DNA of 64,000 nucleotides, taken from NCBI RefSeq assembly GCF_963921235.1, contig NC_086097.1, positions 162,318,001 through 162,382,000 of the forward strand, read 5' to 3'. The notes beneath the pieces were generated by a model, which did not search any database, was not told the DNA's origin, and worked only from the letters and a program-made list of their open reading frames with translations. The DNA is from Mobula hypostoma. Lineage: Eukaryota. Of the stretch, positions 50,997-63,499 are shown one piece after another. Both the position numbers and the translations under genes were made by a program. The stretch's first letter is position 1; every line of letters begins with the position of its first letter.

Positions 50997-51718
50997 TTGC
51001 TTTCTTTTTAATTTTCTCCGTTGATCGGAGGCTGTGAATTGGTTGGTTTTAACTTTTCTGTGCCCTATTTGGGCAGAAAAGTTTACTTTCGATTTCTTAA
51101 TATGGCTACTAAACTTTCTTTTTAACTGCGTCATTTCTTTCTTTTCCCAGGGGATTCTGGGTGGTTACTTCCCTTTTGTCATCTTACGTATTTCCTGTGC
51201 GGCCTTAAATTTTGTAGTTTTTGTTTAAATTTTATTCTGTTTTGCTTTTTATAATCACTTTATGTTAATAATCCTATTTTTTTTGTTGCTGTGTCTATTC
51301 ATGAGTTTGAGGTTTATTGTGGTTTTTTTTTAATATATATTTTCCGGCTTTTGTTCTGTTCTGTGTGTATTCTAATTGAGCTAACTTTTTTTTACTTATT
51401 TTCTTACTGTTTTACAATTAGCTGATCCTTTTCATATTTATACCTTTTTTTTAGGGAGCGTATACCGGAAGTCATGGGGGTAGTTTTAGCGCTTGCTTCT
51501 TTCTGGCGGGTCTGCTTTAGATTTTGCCTTGGGGTCTTGGGCTGGGGGGTGGCGGGAGGGGCTTCACGTTTTAGTTTGTTTTTCTTTGGGCTATATACAT
51601 TATTGAAGTACTGGTTGCGTCCTTTTCCCCGGTATCTTTTGTATGTTCTGTTTCCTCTCCGGGTTTGTGGGTCGCGCCTATCGTCAATCCTCCTTGTTGT
51701 GGGTTGACTTTAGGATTT

Positions 51719-54700
51719 ATGGAGTCTATTATTAATTTTGTCTCCTGGAATACTAATGGTCTTAATCATCCTATTAAAAGAAAAAAAGTTTTTAAAGTGT
51801 TCCGGAGACTTAAAGCACAAATTTTATTTTTACAAGAGACCCATGTACGGAGGGGGGACAGACTACGTTTTTTCAAATTCTGGAAGGGACAACAATTTCA
51901 TTCGAACTCCAATGCTAAGATTCGAGGCGTCTCTATTTTTATAGATTCCTCAGTTACTTTTATACAACAGGATATTATCTCTGATCCGAATGGTAGATTT
52001 TTATTGGTTAGTGGTTTACTATTTAATAAAAAAGTAGTTTTGGTTAATGTTTATGCTCCTAATATGGATTGTCCGGAATTTTATAAATCATTGTTTGATC
52101 AGTTTCCGAATTTGAACGAGTTTTCATTGATTTGGGGCGGAGATCTTAATACCTGTTTATCTCCAGCTTTGGACCGTTCGGCTCCTTTACGGACTTTACC
52201 TAATAAATCTGCAAATTTGATTAATTTTTTCCTTTCTGATTCTGGGTCGACGGATATTTGGCGTTTTCTGCATCCTCAGGAAAAAGATTTTTCCTTTTTT
52301 TCACATGTTCATCATTCCTATTCAAGAATTGATTATTTTTTTATTGATTCTCGTCTCATTCCTTCAGTGATTAAATGTGATTATGATTCTATAACCATTT
52401 CGGATCATGCTCCACTTAAGCTTTCTATTAAAATTATGGCCAATATACCAAACAATAGACAATGGCGTTTTAATTCGCTGTTGCTTCAGGACTCGGACTT
52501 TGTTAATTTTATGAATGAACAGATTGAGCTTTTTTTTATAATTAACCATACAGAAGATATTTCGGTTAACACTCTTTGGGACACTTTTAAAGCCTATATT
52601 CGGGGTCAGATTATTTCGTATTCCGTTGCTTTGAGGAAGAAACAGAAGCAGGAGGAGATGGCAATTGTGGACAAGATTAAAGAAATTGATAAGAAATATG
52701 TTATGGCTCCTTCTGAGGAGCTATACAAACAAAGAACTGAACTTCAAATGGAACACAGTTTACTACTCTCGTCCTCGATTGTAAACCAATTAAAGAAAAC
52801 AAGAAGTGATTTTTATGTTCACAGTGATAAAATTGGCAAGCTGCTGGCTAATCAATTGAAATCTAATTATGTTAAATCTCAAATCAATCAGATTTATAAC
52901 CAAAATGATCGATTGATATTGGATTATGTGGGGATTAATCAAACCTTTTGTGATTTTTATTCTTCTTTATATCAATCAGAGTCTCCTCGAGATTCTAAAT
53001 ATATGAATGATTTTTTAGATAAGTTAGACTTTCCTCAGATTTCACAGGATATGTCTTCTTTATTAGATACTTCCATTACAATGGATGAGATTAAGAATGT
53101 TATTTTTTCTATGAATCTGGGGAAAGCTCCTGGCCCTGATGGGTTTACCGTTGAATTTTATAAATGTTTTGCTTCTTTATTGATTCCTTGGCTCTATAAG
53201 GTTTTTGAGGCTTCTTTGAAACTTGGTAAACTTCCGGAATCTTTTAATAGAGCATCAATTTCTTTAATACTAAAGAAGGATAAAGACCCTGCTCAATGTG
53301 CATCTTATAGACCAATATCTTTATTAAATGTTGATTCTAAAGTTTTTTCTAAGTTATTAGCAAATAGACTAGAAAAAGTACTTCCTTCTATTATTTCGGA
53401 AGACCAAATGGGTTTTATTAAAGGTCGTTACTCTTTTTATAATATTCGTACATTGTTAAATATCGTTTATACTCCCTCACAAAATGTTCCTGAGTGTGTT
53501 ATTTCTTTAGATGCCGAGAAAGCTTTTGATAGAGTAGAATGGCCTTATTTATTTAAGGTGCTTGAAATGTTTAATTTTAGCCTGAAATTTATATCCTGGA
53601 TTAAACTGTTATATCACTCCCCTGTAGCCTCGGTTCGTACTAACTCTTTAAACTCACCTTTTTTTCCTCTCTTTCGTGGTACTCGACAAGGCTGTCCTCT
53701 TAGTCCCCTATTATTTGATATTGCATTAGAACCTCTTGCAATTGCTATTCGAGAATCTTCAAATATTACTGGGATAACTCGGGGATTAAAGTCCCATAAA
53801 TTATCACTCTATGCTGATGATTTACTTTTATATATTTCTAATCCTGAGAGATCTATTCCTGCTGTTTTAGAGTTATTAGCACAATTTGGTCTTTTCTCAG
53901 GTTATAAATTAAATCTTAGTAAGAGTGAACTTTTTCCGATTAATAAACATCTTCCCTTATATTATAAATTTCCATTTAAATTGATTAATAATTACCTTTC
54001 ATATCTTGGGATTAAAATTACTTGTAAACATAAAGATTTATTTAAGACTAACTTTTTACCATTAATAGACCATATTACTCAACTTTCATCTAAATGGTTT
54101 CCTTTATATTTAACTTTGATTGGTCGTATTAATGCAGTTAAGATGTTTTTTTTGCCAAAATTTTTATATGTGTTTCAGGCATTACCAATTTTCGTTCCTA
54201 AATCTTTTTTTGATAAAGTCGACTCTAAAATTTCTTCATTTATTTGGCAGAATAAGAATCCGAGACTGGGTAAAATACATTTACAGAAAGCTAAGAGAGA
54301 TGGAGGTTTAGCATTACCTAACTTTAGATTTTATTATTGGGCTATTAATATTCGACATATGAAATTTTGGTTACTTGACCGGGATATACTATCTATTCCT
54401 AAATGGGTAGCATTGGAATTACAATCTGTTCAGGGTTATACACTTGGTTCTATTTTAGGTTCATCTCTTCCTTTTGATTCGAAACGCCTTAAGCAGGTCT
54501 CTAACCCGATCGTTAAATATGCTTTGCGTATTTGGTTTCAATTCAGAAAATTTTTTGATCTTAATCAATTCGGGTTAGCGATTCCTATTTTAGGTAACAT
54601 ATTTTTTCCTCCCTCTTTTACGGATCGCGATTTTCAAACTTGGAAGACTAAGGGTATTTTACGGTTTTTGGATTTATTTTTAGATGGTTCCCTTATGTCT

Positions 54701-55495
54701 TTTGAACAATTATCTAATAAATATAACCTATCAAGAATACATTTTTTTAGATATTTACAAGTTAGAAATTTTCTAAGTACTATACTTCCTTCCTTTCCAA
54801 TGCTTCCTCCTATATATATTTTAGATTCGATAATTAACCTTAATCCATGTCAGAAAGGTGCATCGGCTATGATTTATAATATTATTATGAAACTCAGGAA
54901 AGCTCCATTTGATAAGATTAGGGTAGATTGGGAACAGGAATTGGGGCTTACCATTTCTGTGGATGATTGGGGGCAGATTTTACAATTAGTTAATACTTCC
55001 TCTATTTGTGCTAAACATTCCCTAATTCAATTTAAAGTGGTGCATAGAGCACATATGTCCAAAGATAAGTTAGCGCGTTTTTACTCGCATATTAATCCTT
55101 TCTGTGATAGATGTTCGGGGCAGATAGCCTCTTTAACTCATATGTTTTGGTCTTGCCCTACTTTGGAAACTTTTTGGAGAGATATTTTCAATATTATTTC
55201 TAAGGTATTAAATATAGATATCTCTCCTCACCCTATTACTGCTATCTTTGGACTACCTAAAATTTCTAGTAATCTTTCCCCTTCAGCCCGTAGAATGATT
55301 GCATTTCTTACTTTAATGGCGAAAAGATGTATTTTACAACATTGGAAAGAGCTTAATGCTCCAACTACCTTTTTTTGGTTTTCTCAGACGATTTTATGTT
55401 TGAATCTGGAGAAAATTAGAAGTAACCTTTATGATTCTTCATTTAAATTTGAACAGATTTGGGGACCTTTTATTCGATATTTTCATTTAATGTAA
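51719..55495 (+). CDS. LINE-1 ORF2p (APE endonuclease, reverse transcriptase, CCHC)
   Basis: First ATG at 51719 (MESIINFVSWNTNGL), 1258 aa; LQETH, GGDLN, SRIDY, SDHAP; DAEKAFD, GTRQGCPLSP, YADD; CDRC...HMFWSC. Confidence 0.96.
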   Translation: MESIINFVSWNTNGLNHPIKRKKVFKVFRRLKAQILFLQETHVRRGDRLRFFKFWKGQQFHSNSNAKIRGVSIFIDSSVTFIQQDIISDPNGRFLLVSGLLFNKKVVLVNVYAPNMDCPEFYKSLFDQFPNLNEFSLIWGGDLNTCLSPALDRSAPLRTLPNKSANLINFFLSDSGSTDIWRFLHPQEKDFSFFSHVHHSYSRIDYFFIDSRLIPSVIKCDYDSITISDHAPLKLSIKIMANIPNNRQWRFNSLLLQDSDFVNFMNEQIELFFIINHTEDISVNTLWDTFKAYIRGQIISYSVALRKKQKQEEMAIVDKIKEIDKKYVMAPSEELYKQRTELQMEHSLLLSSSIVNQLKKTRSDFYVHSDKIGKLLANQLKSNYVKSQINQIYNQNDRLILDYVGINQTFCDFYSSLYQSESPRDSKYMNDFLDKLDFPQISQDMSSLLDTSITMDEIKNVIFSMNLGKAPGPDGFTVEFYKCFASLLIPWLYKVFEASLKLGKLPESFNRASISLILKKDKDPAQCASYRPISLLNVDSKVFSKLLANRLEKVLPSIISEDQMGFIKGRYSFYNIRTLLNIVYTPSQNVPECVISLDAEKAFDRVEWPYLFKVLEMFNFSLKFISWIKLLYHSPVASVRTNSLNSPFFPLFRGTRQGCPLSPLLFDIALEPLAIAIRESSNITGITRGLKSHKLSLYADDLLLYISNPERSIPAVLELLAQFGLFSGYKLNLSKSELFPINKHLPLYYKFPFKLINNYLSYLGIKITCKHKDLFKTNFLPLIDHITQLSSKWFPLYLTLIGRINAVKMFFLPKFLYVFQALPIFVPKSFFDKVDSKISSFIWQNKNPRLGKIHLQKAKRDGGLALPNFRFYYWAINIRHMKFWLLDRDILSIPKWVALELQSVQGYTLGSILGSSLPFDSKRLKQVSNPIVKYALRIWFQFRKFFDLNQFGLAIPILGNIFFPPSFTDRDFQTWKTKGILRFLDLFLDGSLMSFEQLSNKYNLSRIHFFRYLQVRNFLSTILPSFPMLPPIYILDSIINLNPCQKGASAMIYNIIMKLRKAPFDKIRVDWEQELGLTISVDDWGQILQLVNTSSICAKHSLIQFKVVHRAHMSKDKLARFYSHINPFCDRCSGQIASLTHMFWSCPTLETFWRDIFNIISKVLNIDISPHPITAIFGLPKISSNLSPSARRMIAFLTLMAKRCILQHWKELNAPTTFFWFSQTILCLNLEKIRSNLYDSSFKFEQIWGPFIRYFHLM

Positions 55496-56027
55496 TATTT
55501 ACCCTTCTTGTTTTTTTTCACTGTTTTAATGGAGGTCGGGATTGAGGACGTGATTTTAAGTTTAACTCTGTTTGGTTTCAAGTTAGCCCATTGCTTTGCT
55601 TTGCTTTTAGTTAGTTGCACGGTGGGTTTTTTTTGGGGTTTTTTTTTTCTTTTTTTCCATTGATATATATAAAATCTAGTATACTATTATGTTATCTTGG
55701 TTTCTTATGCTTAAATTACATTGTTTGTAGTATTTTCTTTTTGGTATTGTTATCTTTTGGAATTTTATTATACTTTAACATTGTATTAATGTTTATATGG
55801 CTTACCTTTTTTGTATACTTACTCAATAAAAAGATTTAAAAAGAAAAAGAAAGAAAGATATTTATTTCCATTCACACGAAAATAGATTCTGATGAAGAGA
55901 CATTAAATTGAAATGTTAACTTGTTTCTACAAATGCTATCTCACCTTTATACTGTTTTCCAATATTTCTTGTCTTTTATTTCTGCAATTTTATAATTGCT
56001 GTAAAAGGGTTTTAATGGCAATTATAA

Positions 56028-56168
<141 letters not shown>

Positions 56169-56763
56169 TGATTATTTTGGGAGATATCTTTATGGCATAC
56201 TGTGATCGTTGAAAGTTACTGGAAAACATAATCTAATTGATTTGGAGCACAGAACGGTACAGTACAGAACAGGCTCTTCAGCTCACACTGTTGTGCTGCC
56301 ACTTTAACCTTCACCAAGATCAACCTAACCCTTCTCTCTCATATTGCCATCTATTTTTCGTTCATCCATGGCCCTATCTAAGAATCTTAAATGCCCCTAA
56401 TGTATCTACCTCTACCACCATATCTGGCAACACATCCCATGCATGTATCACACTCTGTAAATGAAAAAAAAACTACCTCTGACACATCTACCCATACTTT
56501 CCTCCCAAAACCTTAATGTTATTCCCCTTTGTGATAGCCATCCTGTCGTGGGTGAAAAATGGCTCTGGCTGTCCACTCGATCTTTGCTTCTTATCATTGT
56601 ACACCTCTATGAAGTCACCTCTTATTCTCCTCTCCAAAGAGAAAAGCTCTAGATTGTGCAGACTTTCCTCATAAGACAGACTTTCTAATCCAGGTAAATT
56701 TCTGCATCCTCTCTAAAGCATCCACAAGCTTTTTATAATGAGGCAACCAGACTGAACACAGTA

Positions 56764-58297
56764 CAGGTGTCCCCCACTTTTTGAACGTTCGCTTTACAAA
56801 ACCTCACTGTTACAAAAGACCTACATTAGTACTCTGTTTTCGCTAACAGAAGGTGTTTTCACTGTTATGAAGAAAGGCAGCGCGCAAAAAAAAATCAGCG
56901 CACGATAAAAGGCAGCGCGCGCCCCGAGCAGCCGCTCTCCCCCGGATTCATAACTGCAATCTCGCCGGCATTGCTTAAACACATGCCTGTGAGCAGCTGT
57001 TTGCAAGATGAGTTCTAAAGTATCAGAAAAGCCTGAAAGAGCTCGTAAGGGTGTTGCACTTAGCGTAAAACTAGACATAATTAAGCGTTTTGATCGTGGT
57101 GAACGAAGTAAGGACTAAGTGAGTTTGGCTTGTGGAAGCTGACGAAGATGATGTTGAAGAGGTTTTGGCATCCCATGACCAAGAACTGATAGATGAAGAG
57201 CTGATGCAATTGGAAGAGGAAAGGATAACAATTGAAACCAAATGAGTAATGATAAAGTACGACTTTAATTTTGAAAGAGTACGTCGGTTTAGGGGATAGT
57301 TGCAGGATGGTTGAGTGCTTACAAAGAACTGTATGATAGAAAAATGCGCGAGGCTCAGCAGTCAAGCAAGCTTTCCACATCAGCCACAGCAGACGACAAA
57401 CCTCGCCCTTCGACATTGAGGCGGGCAGTCATAGGAGAAGATGAGCTGCCTGCTCTAATGGAAACAGATGACGAGATGACACCCCAGTGTCCCACCACCC
57501 CAACCCCCACGCCACAGACAGATACCGATTCATGGAGAATGCAGCGGTAGCCAGGAGGCACACAGCACATCTTTAAGAAAAAAGCTGAAATAAACAAGCT
57601 GCCCGGCACGTAATTGTTGGCCCAGATCAGAGGCAATGCAATCGGCATCTGGACCGACAATTACGTGCCGGGCGGCACCTAATTAATTAGCATGTTTATT
57701 TTGGCTTTTTTCTTAAAGATGTGCTGTGTGCCTCCCGGCTACCGCTGCATGCTTCACGGATCGATATCGGTCGCTGCCCGGAGGGTGGGGGCTACTGCAC
57801 CACCCGAACCTCCGACAACTCAGCCTAACACACCACCATCAGTGTGCTCTGTGCTTTCCAGATTCCCGTAAGTGATACTACACTGTACATACATTATTTC
57901 TACTTCATATGGCCTGTGTATTTTTACATGTTATTTGGTATGATTTGGCAGCTTCGTAGCTTAAAGGTTACTGGAGAGCGTTTGCGCCGTGTTTTTGCCG
58001 ACGGTGCTTGCGTGAGATCTTTGCTACAGAGAACGGTTCAGGCAATGATTGTGGAAAAGTATTTCTACTTTATATAAGCTGTGTATTTATCATATCATTT
58101 CTGCTTTTACTATATGTTACTGTTATTTTAGGTTTTATGTGTTATTTGGCATGATTTGGTGGGTTATTTTTGGGTCTGCGAATGCTGACAAATTTTTCCC
58201 ATATAAATAAATGCTAATTGCTTCTTCGCTTTACGACATTCTGGCCTATGAACCATTTCATAGGAACGCTGCACCTTCGGATGGTGGGGGAAACCTG
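56764..58297 (+). mobile_element. Tigger family A non-autonomous copy with internal palindrome
   Basis: TA|CAGGTGTCCCCC...GGGGGAAACCTG|TA; splits a CR1 at ACACAGTA|TTCCAA. Confidence 0.92.
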
Positions 58298-58547
58298 TAT
58301 TCCAATTGTGGCCTAACCAGAGTCTTATACAACGGCAACATTACCTTGTGGTTCTTGAACTCAGTCACTCAAGTAACAAGGGCCTTCTTAACCACCCTAT
58401 CACTGGCACTGTAACTTTGAGGATTCGATGGATATGGACCCCAAAATCACTCTGTTCCTCCATACTGTTAAGAATCCTGCTGTTAATCCTTTATTCTGCC
58501 TTCAAATTCAGCCTTCTAAAGTGAATCACTTCACACTTTTTCTCGAT

Positions 58548-60308
58548 TGAATTGACTTTATTTCTTACATCCTTCACATACATGAGTAAAAATCTTTGCA
58601 TTACGCCTCAGTCTAAATGTGCAATCATAGTAATATGTAATACAAATGTTTGTAATTTATAATAAATAGAACAGTCAATGTAATATGGAGTACACTCATA
58701 TCAGCGTGAGTTGATCACTCTGATGGCCTGGTGGAAGAAGCTGTTCGGGAGCCTATTGATCCTGGCGTTTATGCTGCGGTACTGTTTCCCGGATGGTAGC
58801 AGCTAGAATAGATGGTGGTCGGAGTGACTTGGGTCCCCAATGATATGACGGGGCCTTTTTACACACCTGTCCTTGTAAATGTCCTGAATCATGGGAAGTT
58901 CACAGCTACAGATGCGATGGGCTGTCCGCACCACTCTCTGCAGAGTCCTGCGATTAAGGGGGGTACAGTTCTCATACCAGGCAGTGATGCAGCCAGTCAG
59001 GATGCTCTCAATTGTGCCCCTGCAGGAAGTTCTTAGGATTTGGGGGCCCATACCAGACTTCCTCAACCGTCTGAGGTGAAAGAGGCACTGTTGTGCTTTT
59101 TTCACCACACAGCTGGTGTGCACAGACCACGTGAGGTCCTCGGTGATGTGGATGCCAAGGAACTTAAAGCTGCTTACCCTCTCAACCCCAAATTCATTGA
59201 TGTCAGTAGGGGTTAGCCCGTCTCCATTCCTTCTGTAATGCACAAGCAGCTCCTTTGTTTTTGTGACACTGAGGGAGAGGTTGTTTTCTTGACACCACTG
59301 TGTCAGAGAGATGACTTCTTCCCTGTAGGCCAATCAATGTAGTGTCATCAGCAAACTTAATGAGCAGATGAGAGCTGTGGGTGGTGACACAGTCATGGGT
59401 ATACAGGGAGTAAAGAAGGGGATTTAGTACACAGCTGTGAGGGGCTCCTGTGTTGAGAGTCAGGGGTGGAGGTGAGAGAACCCACTCCTACCACCTGCCG
59501 GCAATCTGACAAGAAGGCCAGGATCCAGCTGCACAAGGCAGGGTCAATGCTGAGGTCTCTGAGCTTCCTGTCGAGCCTGGAGGGAATTATGGTGTTGAAT
59601 GCTGAACTATAGTCCAAGAACAGCATTCTCACATAAGCATCCTTCTTCTCCAGGTATGTAGAGCAGTGGCTGTTGTGTCATCTGTCGATCGATTGTGTCA
59701 GCAGGCAAATTGTAAGGGGGTCCAGTTTAGGTGGTGGCATGCTGCAGATGTAGGCCTTGACGAGGCTCTCAAAGCATTTGCTTATTATTGAGGTGAGTGC
59801 GACAGGACGGCAGTCATTCAGGCATGTTACCTTGGTCTTTTTTGGTACAGGGACAATGGTGGATTCAGTGGCCTCAGCCTCAGATGACCAGGTTGCAGGT
59901 TGTAGCGGTGGCTTTGCTTGGATGCTTAAGAGTTAGCGACATTGAACTGTGCATAAAAGTGATTGAGCTTATCTGGGAGAGAGGCCATGATGTTGGTGGC
60001 ACCATTAGGTTTGGCTTTGAAGTCTGTGATGGTATGCAACCCTCGCCACAAGTCACGTGTGCTATTCGTTGTGAATCTTGATTCAATGTTGTCCCAGTAT
60101 TATTGTTTCGCAGCCTTGATAGCTTTGCGCGGATGGTAGTTGCTTTTCTTGAGCTCCTGATAGCTGGCAGCGTAAGTTCTGTGTGGCGCGGTAAGTGCTG
60201 CTCACACAGAATGATTAATCCAGGGTTTCTGGTTTGGGAAGACCCTGACCAACTTCTAGGGGAGAACGTCGTTGATGCACTTCCAGATGAAGCATTTGAC
60301 TCCATCCA
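58548..60308 (-). mobile_element. Rex1/Babar-type LINE, 5' truncated and decayed
   Basis: RMLFLDYSSAFNTIIP; WCQENNLSL.VTKTKE; FKFLGIHITEDLTWS; IESILTGCITAWY; nested in a CR1. Confidence 0.88.
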
Positions 60309-60699
60309 TGAACTCCATCTGCTATTTCTTAGCCCAGCTTTGCATTCTATCAATGTCCTGTTGTAAGGTACAACAACCTTCTCAACTATCCACAGCACCA
60401 CCAGTCTTTGTGTCATCCATATACTTAATAACCCATCTTTACACTTCCTAAACTAAGTCATTTATAAAAATCACAAAAGGCAGAGGTCCCAGAACAGATC
60501 CTTATGATATACCATTGGTGACTGACCTCCAGGCAGAATACGCTCCATTTACTAGTACAATCTGCCTTCTGTTGGCAAGCCAATATTGAATCCATGTATA
60601 TCATGTCCCCTGGCTTTCTGAATGAACCTGCCATGGTGAACCTTGTCAAATACCTTACTGAAATCCATATACACACATCGACTGCTCTGCCATCATCTA

Positions 60700-62268
60700 T
60701 AGTTTCAAAAATAGTTTGTGAACCCTTTGCAGTTATCTGGTTTTGTACATTAATTACTCATAAAATGTGTCTGATCTTCATCTAAGTCACAGTAATAGAT
60801 CTACCTAAACTAATAACAAAAAAATTATATTTTTCACACCTTTATTGAACACATTATTTAATTATTCACAGTCCAGCTAGAGAAGTACGTGAAACTTGTA
60901 CTTAATAACTGGTCGAACCTCCTTTAGCAGCAGAAATTCCACCAGTTATCCTGTAGTTGCTGATCAGAGTTGCACATTGGCAAGGAGAAATCTCAGACCA
61001 TTCCTCCATACTGTTTCAGTTCATCAATATTTCTGAAATGCCTTGCATGAACAGACCTCTTCAGGTAATGCTACAGCATGTCAGTTGGATTAAGGTCTGG
61101 ACTCTGACTTGGCCATTCCAAAACAGAAATTTTCTTATTTTTAAATCATTCTGTTGTTGTTTTACTCTTGTGTTTTGGAGCATTGTCTTGTTGCATCATC
61201 CAACTTCTATTAAGTTTCAGCTGATGGTCTGGTATTCTGACACTCACCTGTAAAAAGTGATGATACAATTTTGAATTTGTTGTTTCCTCAACAATTGCAA
61301 GCTGTTCATGCCTTGAGGCATCAAAGCAGCCCCAACCTATGGTGCTTTTTCCACCGTGCTTCACAGTTGGGATGAGGTTTGGTGTTGATGTGCAGTGCCC
61401 TTTTCCCTCCAAACTAATGGCAAAACAGAGTTCAACTTTTGTCCCATCTGTCCACAGAACATTGTCCCAGAAGCATTTTGGAATATCCAGGTGCTCTTTT
61501 GCAAACCTGAGATGTGCAGCAATTTTTTTTTTGAGAGCAGTAGTTTCCTCTGTGGTGTCCTTCCATGAACACCATTCTTGTTCAGTGCTTTACTTATAGT
61601 GGGCACATGAACAGAGACTTTAGCAAGTTCTAGAGATTTCTCCAGGTCTTTTTCTATTATCCTTGGGTTCTTTTTCACCTCCTTCAGTATTGCACGTTGT
61701 GTTCTTGGCTTAATCTTTGCACGATGCCCACTACTAGGGAGAGTAGCAACAGTAAGGAGTTTCCTTCATTTGCAGACAATTTCTCTTGCTCTGTGCTGAT
61801 GAACATTCAGGTCTTTATAAATGTTTTTGTAGCCTTTTCTAGCTTCATACATTTCTGCTAAGGCCCTCTGAAAATTGTTTTGATCGAGGCATGGTGCACA
61901 TAAGCAGATCTTTCTTGAGAAGAGCAGGCTCTGTCAGTAACCTGACTTTGTGTGTCTTTTTCATAGGACAGAGCACCTCTACAACCCACACCTCCAATCT
62001 CATCTCATTGTTTAGTACACCTGACTCCAAATATCTTTTGTCGAAGGCATTACTCCAGAGGTTTACATACTTTTTCAAACCTAGACTGTGATTGTTTAAA
62101 TGGTATGCTCAGTATTGATGAGAAGTAGTACAATTGTTTGTGAGTTATTAGTTTAGGCAGATTGTGTTTGTCTACTATTGTGACTTGGATGAAGATCAGA
62201 CCATATTTTATGAGTAATTCAGGAAACCAGCTAACTGCAAAGGGTTCACAACTGTTCTTTTGCAACTA
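60700..62268 (-). mobile_element. Decayed Tc1-like transposon with long (about 200 bp) TIRs
   Basis: TA flanks; TIRs share TTGTGAACCCTTTGCAGTTA; minus-strand transposase remnant from MPRSK (61892) through PTVKHGG and QQDNAPKH to about 60902; splits a CR1. Confidence 0.92.
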
Positions 62269-63499
62269 TATATGTTTTGTCACTTCCTCAAATAATTCAG
62301 TCAAACTTATGAGGCATGTCCTGCTCCTCACAAAGCCACGTTGAAGATCCGTAATCAGTCTCTTTTTCCAAATGCTCATAAATCCTGCCTCTAAAAATCC
62401 TCTCCAGTACCTGCCCACCACTGACATCCCTAATACCTTTCTTGAACAAAGCAATCTCTTCCCTCATTTTTCACAGTAACAATGTATATCCTGTCCAGTC
62501 CCAGGGACTTAACTATTCAAATGTACCGGCATATGCTCTTAATGTCAATATGTTCTGGCATATCAACCGGCTCTACGCTGCCCTCGTGTTTGTCAGGATC
62601 CCTTTCACTGGTGAAAACTGAAGCAAAGTACTCATTATGGATCTCTCCCATCTCCTCTGACTCCAGGCACATTTATCCTTGATTAGTCCTACCTTTATTC
62701 CTGTTCTTCACATTTGTGTAGAACGCCTGGGGCTTTCCTTAAGCCTACCCACCAAAGTCTCTTCTAGCTTATGTCTTCTTCTCACTCTCCTAAATCTATT
62801 CTTAGGCTCCTCCCTGGCTACTTTGTTACTCCCAACAACCCTGTCTAATTCTTCCTTCCTTGCTGCTTGCTTTCTTTTTTTCTTGACTCGATGTTCTACA
62901 TCCCTTGAATCTCTTGAATCATGCTTCCTTCACCCTACCATCCTTACTTCAATGGAACAAATCTATCCAGAATCCTAGGAAACCTCATTTTGGTTGTGAA
63001 TTTCCGTAAAGTTCATTAGCTGTCAATTGCTGCTCTGAGATTCCTGCCTAATAGCATCATAATTCACTCTTGCCCGTAAATATTTTCTCATACCACCTGC
63101 TCCTGTCTCTGTTCACGGCTGTGGTAAAGGTCAATAAGTTGTGGTCACTATCTCTGAAATGCTCACACACCTGATTAAGTTCATGCCTAGTACCAGATCC
63201 AGTTTGGCCTGTCCATTGAAACCGTTTGCACTGAGGTGTCAATCAATATTAGGGACGTTGAAGTCACCCCTGATAACAACCCTGTTTAGTTTATTTTCCC
63301 AATTTTAAAAACAGCTAGAGTTGATGTTTTAATCCCATTAATGGTGAAAAATAAGAATCATGTTTGTTGCATGTGTTAATAACATAGATAAAAATATTTT
63401 CCATTTTGCCCAGTGTGTTCTGGTAAGCCAAGGACTGCTTGTGGTTATAGCCAATTTTTCACTGATTGCACTTAATTTGTGTGGATTCCTTAGTGAGAA

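Larger units (their letters stand above)
49942..55855 (+). mobile_element. Full-length, apparently intact LINE-1
   Basis: TSD AGATATTTATTTCC at 49928-49941 and 55856-55869; starts GGACTTCCGG; ORF1, 722-bp spacer, ORF2; AATAAA 55825-55830 and A/G-rich tail. Confidence 0.96.
56250..63290 (-). mobile_element. CR1 LINE remnant hosting nested Tigger, Rex1 and Tc1 insertions
   Basis: CR1 segments at about 56250-56763, 58298-58547, 60309-60699 and 62269-63290 are colinear across the three insertions. Confidence 0.8.

Noticed and set aside
51665..51718. ORF2 start at 51665 as in the ORF track
   Set aside because: That start is a non-ATG codon; endonuclease homology begins just after the ATG at 51719.
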